Origin: Octopus bimaculoides
Lineage: Eukaryota
Assembly (NCBI RefSeq): GCF_001194135.2
Contig: NC_068982.1
Span: 12,355,232-12,413,633 of the forward strand
Reading direction: 5' to 3'
DNA length: 58,402 nt
Shown: one piece after another, positions 49,725-58,402 of the stretch
Layout of the letters: each line of letters begins with the position of its first letter
Numbering within the stretch: the stretch's first letter is position 1
Notes under the pieces: generated by a model
Seen by the model: only the letters and a program-made list of their open reading frames with translations
Databases searched by the model: none
Told to the model about the DNA's origin: nothing
Translations under genes and position numbers: made by a program

Positions 49725-49948
49725 ATTAAGATTGGTTTCAAATTTTGGCACATGGCCAGCAAGTTCGGGGGAAGGAAAAAGTCACTTACATCGACCCTAG
49801 TGTTCAACTGGTACTTATTTTATCGACCCCGAGAGTATGAAAGGCAAAGTCAACCTTGACGGAATTTGAATTCATAACGTAAAGACGGACGAAATGCCTC
49901 AAAGCATTTTTGCCCAGCGTGCTTACGATTTTGCCAGCTCGCCGCCCG
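49725..49948 (-). mobile_element. tRNA-derived SINE (family D)
   Basis: GGCGGCGAGCTGGC head, central GTTGACTTTGCCTTTCAT...GGGGTCGATAAAATAAGTACC; fragments also near 38900, 40470, 46100, 46560 and 52310. Confidence 0.75.
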
Positions 49949-50014
49949 GACAGACATTAATATTAATAGTTGAAGATGACGATGGTGTAGTAGCTATGTG
50001 TTGACTGTACATTA

Positions 50015-50515
50015 GGAACACCATTGAAAGAACAGTGTCAATGTAGTATCACTGATGAAATATAACAGAAGGAACATCATTGCTAGAGCACTATTAATGT
50101 AACGTTACCTATGTTACATCAATTATGCAACTCTATTGGTGTGACACTACATATGGAACATCAGTGATGGGACACCACTGATGGAACACTTTTCATGGAA
50201 AACCATTCATGGAACAGCTTTGACATAACATCATAGGAATACCATTGATGTAACGCCATTCATGTAACATCACTAACGCCATTCAAGTAATATCACCATT
50301 GATGTTACATCACGGATGTAACACCTTTAACGAAAAAACCATTGACGTAATGCCATTCATGTAACACCTTTGATGTAACACTATTGATATCACTTCACTG
50401 ATATAAAATCACTCATCTAAAACCTTTGATGTAATACTGTTGATGTAACAGCATCGATGTAGCATCATTGATGTAACACTATTGATATAACACCACTAAT
50501 ATAACATTACACATT
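50015..50515. repeat. Degenerate 14-bp minisatellite, consensus GATGTAACACCATT
   Basis: For example GATGTAACAGCATC GATGTAGCATCATT GATGTAACACTATT GATATAACACCACT; roughly 35 units. Confidence 0.85.
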
Positions 50516-50620
50516 ATATTAACTTAATACTTTTGTAAATTTAGTGCACTTAGTTCATGAATTTATCAAAATTCTCATCGAAAATAATGAGTCCACAATC
50601 AGGACTAGATTAAAGTATGT

Positions 50621-51500
50621 GGATCTTTCTGGTTTGGCGGGTGCCACTTGTTTTCTTAACGAAACACTTTCAAACTTGGGACACTGGTAGAATGTGTCAT
50701 ATAAAACATCTTTTACTCTTAGTGTTATTGAGAAAATTTTATCTTTTTAAAGTTATTTCGTGTTAAAATTGTCGTATTTCGGTAATTTCAACCAATCGCT
50801 GACGTCTATTGAGGTGAAAACAATTACTGCTGTGAATTGTCAACAAAACGTTGTGCGGTGTAATGGAATCTTTTCCCTTGAATAAAATTAGTGCCGTTGT
50901 TTGTCGACAACTATCGGCGGTACTGTTATCTATNNNNNNNNNNNNNNNNNNNNNNNNNNNNNNNNNNNNNNNNNNNNNNNNNNNNNNNNNNNNNNNNNNN
51001 NNNNNNNNNNNNNNNNNNNNNNNNNNNNNNNNNNNNNNNNNNNNNNNNNNNNNNNNNNNNNNNNNNNNNNNNNNNNNNNNNNNNNNNNNNNNNNNNNNNN
51101 NNNNNNNNNNNNNNNNNNNNNNNNNNNNNNNNNNNNNNAAAGCTAAAACCAGTACAAACGCACGAACGATGTCATAAATAACAGTACCGCCGATAGTTGT
51201 TGTTGATAAACAACGGCAGTAATTTTATTCAAGGGAAAAGATCCCATTACACCGCACAACGTTTTGTTGACAATCCATAGCAGTAATTGTTTTCACCTCA
51301 ATAGACATCAGTGATTGGTTGAAATTACCGAAATACAACTTTTAACATGAAATAACTTCGAATATAAATTTTTTTTCTCTGTTCTTTAAGACAAAATATA
51401 CAAGTAAACGAAGTTTTAAAGTGTTTCGGTAGAAAACACACTAAATAAAACATAAATAAAACATAAATAAAAAATGGTGCCCGCCAAATCAGAAAGATCC
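50621..51500. mobile_element. Long-TIR foldback element related to 39434-40469
   Basis: Ends GGATCTTTCTGGTTTGGCGGG...CCCGCCAAATCAGAAAGATCC; shares GTTAAAATTGTCGTATTTCGGTAATTTCAACCAATC with the 39.4-kb element; central gap. Confidence 0.8.
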
Positions 51501-51621
51501 AAGTATGCATTCGTCACTGGATGAATGACTATTGTGCTAGAAATATCTCTGTTTCTACATGTTAATTAATGTAATGCGAAAAATATTTCACAGGTAAAGT
51601 AAATATCCATATCAAACTTAC

Positions 51622-51675
51622 TGTCTGGTGCTTTAATTGAGAAAATTGTCCCGATCGGGGTGTTGATAATTGGAC
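51622..51675 (-). CDS. 54-nt phase 1-1 exon candidate C (GPIINTPIGTIFSIKAPD)
   Basis: ctatattttgcag|...|gtaagt; open frame; paralog of 54098-54151. Confidence 0.6.
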
Positions 51676-52739
51676 CTGCAAAATATAGCTTCCGTATAAC
51701 GTAGGCGTTTCAATGATTAAGTGTTTCTTATATAAATATAAAACCTGGGTCATTCATGAATGGTAAAGCAGGAAATTAAACGCTTAAAATTTTCTTCAAA
51801 TTATAAGGAACGTCTATTTTTGATAGATTTTTTTTTTTGTTATAAATTGTCACATATTTGCCGTAAAATCTAAAGTTTGTATCATATCTTCTCAAAACGA
51901 ACAATGAATATAATTAGAGATGATTTAGAACAGCTACAAGATATGAATGAGTTTAGTGCCGCCTGAATCCAGCTATATTTGCCCTTCATTCCGCTTTCAT
52001 CAAACGATTTACAAGTAATGTACTATCTCTTTATTAGGTACTACGGCCCGAACACAGAGGGGGACACTACAAGGACAGACACTACGTGGGGTAGATAGAA
52101 CGAATGATGAATGGAGCGAATTACTTACAATGAATTGATGAAATGGCTTACGAGCCCCACAAGACTCGCAGCTTCATTTGACTGTTCTTTTCATACAGTT
52201 CTTATACAGTTTTAAGATCTTTTTATTCTGTAATCGTTATATATGGCAATAACTCTTCTGGCGTTATAACTTTCGGCAGATTATTGTATCGCACATATAG
52301 CCCACTCTAATCGACTGGACCCCTCCCCAAAAGTTTCGGGCCTTGTGCCTAGAGTAGAAAGGTATATTATAAGTCTGCTTTCTAACAACATGAATCTGGG
52401 TTCAGTCCCACTGCGTTGTGCCTTGAGCAGGTGATTTCTACTGTAGCCTCAGATCGACAAAAACATTGTGAGTAGATTTGGTAGACAGGAACTGAAATAA
52501 GCTTGGTATATATGTGTGTGTGCGTGTGTTTGTGTGTGTGTGTGTGTTAGCAAAATGTGCTAATAAAGCATCCAAGATGCTAAATTCGTAAAACAGAAGA
52601 AACTATTATTTCTTCGTTTCAACAATAAACTGCAATGTGACGTATACTTCCTTAACATAATACTTTTGCATTCAATTCATGAATTTTGACATGAATAGGT
52701 CCACATGATTCCAATTCATGATTGTGGACATGAATAGGC

Positions 52740-53085
52740 CGCGAGGACGCGTTAGTGGCAGGTCAGCAAAGAATGACCTGAGTCGCGTGACGTAAGATGT
52801 GGGGTCCGCATTCGGTAAGTCGACAGGAGCCAACATCTGTCCAGAAAGTGCTAAAGTGGTGCCATACAGGAGCTCAGTGGAGGAGAAACCCAAATCCTCC
52901 TTGACAGCTGAGCGGCACCCCAGCAGAACAAAGGTGAAGAACTCGGACCAATTATGAGGATCAGGAGCAGCATGAATAGTTTTAAGTTGGCGGTGGAATT
53001 GTTCCACCACTCTGTTCGCGGCGGGATGGTAACTTGCGGTGTGGATGTGCTGAACTCCGAGCAATCTCGAAAGCTCACGAAACAG
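52740..53085 (-). mobile_element. Gypsy LTR retrotransposon integrase fragment
   Basis: TASYHPAANRVVEQFHRQLK...VLLGCRSAVKEDLGFSSTELLYGTTLAL (rve C-terminal half). Confidence 0.9.
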
Positions 53086-54097
53086 ACAAACTTCAAATTG
53101 GGGTTAGTCAGTGTATGACAATGAAGGAAATTTAACATTCATGATTTATCTCAACATTATGAGAATCGTATATTTATGAAAATTTTATTATTGTAAATTG
53201 TTACATGGTTGTAAAAACGAAAGTGTTTATCTTGTTTTGACGAAACCAATTATGATTATGATGGTTTTTAGCGTCACCGTTGAATTGGCCTTTTAATTAT
53301 GTATCTGTTCATATGTGATACAAATTGCTATTTCAAATTAATACTGCTTCTGTTGCATATAACGAATTGTATATTTAAGTTGTCCGTCAACTGCGACATC
53401 AGTCATTTTTCAATCATTTGTTTACTCTATCAGTAACGGTAGATTTTGTTTTAGCATGCGATTATCGGTGGACACTTCTACTAACCAAAGTGGGACTGAT
53501 GTGTCGTCTGGTACGGATACATTTTTGCAATTTTTAACACTGTACGTCTACAAGAGATACTCTCTCAAGACGCAATTGCACGTATCCATTTTCATAAAAA
53601 AAGCTTACTCAACTGCCTCTATGGTAGATTACAGTTTTGCATCAATACATCGTGAATCACACGTATTAATTCAATTGAACTTTTGTGGGATTTTTATTCT
53701 CGATCACGTTTGACAAATATTCCCACAAGACTAATGGGAAAAAGTCAAAGTCTACATCAGAGTTTCTCAAACTTTCGGGGCCACTGCCACCCTTATGGAC
53801 ACATTATATCCCCAGCACCCCTACCCCTATTTTTATGTATAAATAAATATTTTATATTTTACTAATTTATATATACTATGAATCATTTGATTTTTAATAT
53901 AATATTATATATTTTGTATACAATATTATAATAATAATATAATAAATTCATAGCGTCCCCAATTCACTGCCGTCTTCCCAACGCCTCCTTTTTGCGCTAG
54001 AAATATTTCTGTCCTAGTTGAAACAATTTTCAACATGTTATTCAATGTAATGCGAAAGATATCTGAAGGATAACGTAAATATCTATATCGAACTTAC

Positions 54098-54151
54098 CGT
54101 CTGGTGTTTCACTTGCGACAATTTTATCGATGGTGTCGTCGATAACTGGAG
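54098..54151 (-). CDS. 54-nt phase 1-1 exon candidate B (APVIDDTIDKIVASETPD)
   Basis: ctatattttgcag|...|gtaagt; open frame. Confidence 0.6.
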
Positions 54152-54621
54152 CTGCAAAATATAGCTTTCGTATAATGACAGACATTTCAATGATTAAATG
54201 TTTTTGGATTAAGTTTTTCAGGAGAGGCAAAGCAGGAAATTAAACTCTTAAAGTTTTCTCCAAATTGAAAGGATTGTTTATTTATTGATAGATTTCTCAC
54301 ATATTTGCCGTAAAATCTAAACTTTGTATCGTATCTTCTCAAAACGAAAAATGATTATTATTAGAGTGATAATTTAGAACAGCTACAAGATCTGGATGTA
54401 TTTAGTGTCGCCTGAACCCAGGTATATTTGCTTTTCATTCCGCTTTCAGCAAACGATTTACATGTTATGTACTGCAGTTGATTCAATTTTCTCAATGAAC
54501 TTTCCTCGTGCAACATGATAATCACTAGCTATGTCGGTTACAACTTTGCGATAGAGCAAATTAAACTGTGAAGAGTTGCTGTCTGAGTAATTGCTTACCC
54601 ACAGAGAGCATATCAACTTAC

Positions 54622-54675
54622 CTGATGCAGCTTCAGTGGTAGAAGGAGTATTAACATCACTGGAGGAAGACAGAG
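54622..54675 (-). CDS. 54-nt phase 1-1 exon candidate A (ALSSSSDVNTPSTTEAAS)
   Basis: ctatctttgttttcag|...|gtaagttgatat; same length, phase and donor context as B and C; S/T-rich. Confidence 0.6.
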
Positions 54676-55260
54676 CTGAAAACAAAGATAGCTTATAGGT
54701 TTTGATATGAAACATACTTTCGTGGATAGTGGGTGTTACAACCAACCGAGTGCTGGATTAAATGTTATCTGGTATATTACAAACACAAAATAAAATTTTG
54801 CCTTTCATTGTTCCGGATGTAGATAAAAGAATTATCAAAGAAGAAATGGCGTGAAATAGTTTGTGCTAGGGTCACTGTCAGTAGGAATAATCGTTCTGCT
54901 ATGTATCTCGTTGCCTACAATACAGAGTAGGAAAGCTCTTTGTCTCAGTATCATAATTAAGGCGAAGGAACATTAACGTGTGTACATACATACATTAATA
55001 CACATATACATATATATTTTACACAATTTATACATATGTTCCAGACAGGCGATTCGATTCCTTTCGAGGTGAATCGAATAAGTTGCAGTGAGTGACTATA
55101 ACAATAGCAATATATTGATATGAATCATTCTCGAGCAACTCGGGCAAGTTGTCTCGTCTCTCTCTGACATTCAATGTTCTTTAACACTCGGCATCGTACA
55201 GGGTGCTTTACTTGGAAGCCATCGGGCAGTAAATTGGCATATGTACAAAGTCACATATAC

Positions 55261-55302
55261 CATGCATGTGTGAGTAATACGCCGGTGTTAAAATGGGGGT
55301 AG
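55261..55302 (-). CDS. 42-nt phase 1-1 exon candidate (ATPILTPAYYSHMH)
   Basis: cattttccttcatcag|...|gtatat; frame-compatible with exons A-C. Confidence 0.35.
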
Positions 55303-55624
55303 CTGATGAAGGAAAATGTTCTCTATGTGACTTGTGTGTTTTCTGTACTCTGGTTATTATTATTTTCTTGTCTACGTTTTGTTTGCAATGTCTTGTACCC
55401 AGATATGTACCTATATATANNNNNNNNNNTGTACTCTGGTTATTATTATTTTCTTGTCTACGTTTCGCTGGCAATGTCCTGTACCCAGATATGCACCTAT
55501 ATATACAGGTAGACATAGGTATGCACATACCTGTACGTATATATGCATATACTCATTTATTATTTGTTTTTTTATATATATATATATCTACACATACATG
55601 TATATGTATATGTTTGTGTGTCTG

Positions 55625-55812
55625 TGTTTGTTATCCCACCATCACTTGACAACCGATGTTGTTGTGTTTATGTCCCTGTGACTTAGTGGGTCGGCAAAGG
55701 AGACCAATAGAATAAGTGCTAGGCTCACAAAGAATAAGTCCTGGGGTAGGTTTGTTCGACTAAAGGCGATGCACCAACATGGCCACAGTCAAATGATTGA
55801 AATAAATAAAAA
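55625..55812 (+). mobile_element. Family A SINE 3' half
   Basis: Homolog of 250-448. Confidence 0.85.
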
Positions 55813-55815
55813 GAA

Positions 55816-55867
<52 letters not shown>

Positions 55868-55883
55868 AGTGTGTGTATTTATA

Positions 55884-55925
<42 letters not shown>

Positions 55926-55970
55926 TATGCACACACACCTGCACATAAATCATAGTATTATTATTATTTC

Positions 55971-56008
<38 letters not shown>

Positions 56009-57351
56009 GTAGTAGTAGTAGTGGTAGTAGTAGTAGTGATGGCTTTATATAGTTAGTGCACCCAATATTCAGTGATAAATTAGGACGAATATATATGTCT
56101 ACAAGTGCATATTTATACGAGGGTGTGATCTGTGTCATGTATTAAGTGTGTCTCTGCTAACGAATGAATAGCTGAGTAAAAAAAAAAAACATCAATGCAT
56201 ACATTTTCATATATATTAATATTACATTAATGTATGTATATGCAAATGAGTGTATGTGTGTACATGTATGCATGCCTGAATGTACGTATGTATTCATGTA
56301 TGTATGAATCTATGTACGTATATACGTATATATTACATATTTAAGAAATGAAAAAATATTAGGTAATTTGGAGCTAGTTTTTTTTTGCTTCAGTAACTAC
56401 TTAAATATTCTGGCATGAAATATTCATTTTTCATTCAATTAATGTGAAGTCTCATTATATTATATTTTTTGTTTATTTTATTGATTCTAAGAAGATTTCT
56501 ACTTTCATAATAGTCTGAGATATTGCTATTATAGAATAAAGCTTGTTCCCTGAAGATACTTCAGAACATCTGCTATGTACAAAAGTAGTCACATAGTTTG
56601 TATTTTATATGAATACGCTGATGAAACCTTACAATGAAAATTTATTCATGGAATTATATCTAAAGCACAAAAGTATAAACTGCTAAGAATTTTCACTGCA
56701 GTTTAGCTAACATTCGAGGAAACAACAAAACTCTAAATCTTGTGTTATTGTTTAAACAAACTGAAGAAGAAAAATAAATGAATTATTAAATAAACAAATA
56801 AACTGGAGTATTTCTGCAGAGAAAAAAAGCCAAAATGATAATAATAATAATAATAATAATAAAAAAATACGATCATATAAATATACCCGATGTACATGAA
56901 ATTTGTATTGATTATTGCTTCAAAACCAAAAATAACTAATATACCAAACTGGAATTTTCTTACTCACTTATCTACACACACATTTTCTCCCCCTTACTCT
57001 CTCTCTCCCCTCAGCTCTCCCTCTCCCTCGCCTTCTTTTTCCCCCCTCTCTCTATTTATTACATACAAACACATTTGATCTCATAATTTTCAAGCCAACA
57101 TGCATAAAATTGCTAAAATCTATACCTTTGCACACATTTGTACACAGGGCCGTCCTTATAAAAGTTAAATATTTTTTTTGTGAGGTTCAGCACTGTAGAG
57201 AACCAGCAGCAGTATATATTTGCTGTTAGATAAATTGATTTATTTAGAATTATTAACTGCAGCATGTTTGAACAATTAAATTATGGTGTCATTAATCAAT
57301 GTCCACCATCCGTTTTATGCATATGTGTGTGTGTGTGTATGTTTGCATGTA

Positions 57352-57383
<32 letters not shown>

Positions 57384-57548
57384 CTCACACACAGGCATGA
57401 GTATGTGTTTAAGAAGTTCACTTTAGAGCCATGCAGTTAGGAGTTTGGTCCTGCTGCTTGGATGTTGTTGGCTTGCCTCCTGTTCTATAGACACTGGTCA
57501 ACCAGCATCTTATGAGTAAAATTGGTAGACGGAAACTGAAGAAGCTGG

Positions 57549-57588
<40 letters not shown>

Positions 57589-57589
57589 A

Positions 57590-57812
57590 TTTCATGTTAC
57601 TCCAGTCCACTCAGCTATCAAAAATGAATGGTACCTGTATTTCAAAGGGCCAGCCTTGTCCCATTCTGTGTCATGCTGAATCTCTCTGAGAACTCTATTA
57701 AAGGCACCTGGGTCTGTGGAGAACTCAGCCACTTGCACGATAATTTCACTAGCAGGCTGTGATTTGTTGATTGAAACAACTGGGACCCTTATCATCATAA
57801 CTGGCAGAGTGC
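57590..57812 (+). mobile_element. Family B/C-tail SINE, 5' truncated
   Basis: TTTCATGTTACTCCAGTCCACTCAGC...AAAGGGCCAGCCTTGTC...GGGACCCT; homolog of 20070-20303 and 31490-31660. Confidence 0.8.
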
Positions 57813-58069
57813 CAGTTTTGTATATATACATATGTGTGTGTGTGTGTGTTTGTGTTTGTGTGTGTGTATGCACATGTATAAGTGTGTGTGAGCTTGTATT
57901 CCCCATCATCTTCATGCATGTTCACTGATAGTAAGCAAAATGCTCATTCAAATGGTGTTTCCAGTTCTTTATGTCACTATGTCTGGGCTTTATATCACTA
58001 TGTCTGTTGTTTGATAGACTGAGGTGAAGGGGGGTGGGGTGGATTATCATCTTGCTTGGCAACAGGTGA

Positions 58070-58402
58070 GAGTCAACATTGGAAAGGGCATCCAGCTGTA
58101 AAAAAACTGCCCCAAAGTAGTTTCATCTGACTCATGTAAGCATGGAAACATTAAAACGATGATGATAATGAAACTGTAATGATTTATCATCATCATCATC
58201 ATCATCGTTTAACGTCCACTTTCCATGCTAGCATGGGTTGGACGATTTGACTGAGGACTGGTGAAACCGGATGGCAACACCAGGCTCCAGTCTAATTTGG
58301 CAGAGTTTCTACAGCTGGATGCCCTTCCTAACGCCAACCACTCAGAGAGTGTAGTGGGTGCTTTTACGTGTCACCCGCACGAAAACGGCCACGCTCGAAA
58401 TG
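58070..58402. mobile_element. Two RTE-tail repeats, tail to tail (58070-58165 plus, decayed; 58204-58402 minus, young)
   Basis: Both carry AAGGGCATCCAGCTGTA and end in (GAT)n. Confidence 0.8.

Noticed and set aside
50015-50515. CRISPR-like array
   Set aside because: Contiguous 14-bp tandem units without spacers, in animal DNA.
54676-54717. 42-nt intron with an upstream mini-exon ending TPTIHE
   Set aside because: Too short for a typical metazoan intron, and the upstream acceptor and phase are unconvincing.
55303-55330. Other CTGATGA occurrences as hammerheads (also near 50053 and 56610)
   Set aside because: No stem II followed by GAAA and no stem I pairing.
55346-55505. ~75-bp tandem duplication
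   Set aside because: Straddles a 10-N gap and may be an unmerged allelic contig overlap; cannot be judged from this assembly.

Overview
AT-rich, repeat-dense animal genomic DNA from a gapped assembly: nine N-runs, most flanked by microsatellites. The SINE families match those I recall from Octopus genomes (inference, not a database result). No intact, nameable host gene is visible, and most ORFs in the track are microsatellite or antisense artefacts. The window is dominated by decayed mobile DNA: tRNA-derived SINEs, RTE, R4/Dong-like and L1/Tx1 LINE pieces (one near-full-length dead Tx1 at 26.2-29.8 kb), two head-to-head Penelope-like elements (29.8-35.0 kb), mariner and hAT transposase remnants, Helitron/HINE pieces, MITEs and a gypsy integrase fragment. 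Two observations stand out. (1) A short repeat carrying a minimal hammerhead ribozyme occurs as divergent inverted pairs at two separate loci (8.3-8.76 kb and 43.25-43.68 kb); at the second locus it sits behind a tRNA-derived Pol III head, giving a SINE-like ribozyme element. (2) A minus-strand array of homologous 54-nt phase-1 exon candidates (51.6, 54.1, 54.6 kb) has coding sequence that differs more than its flanking introns. All identities and alignments were done by eye.
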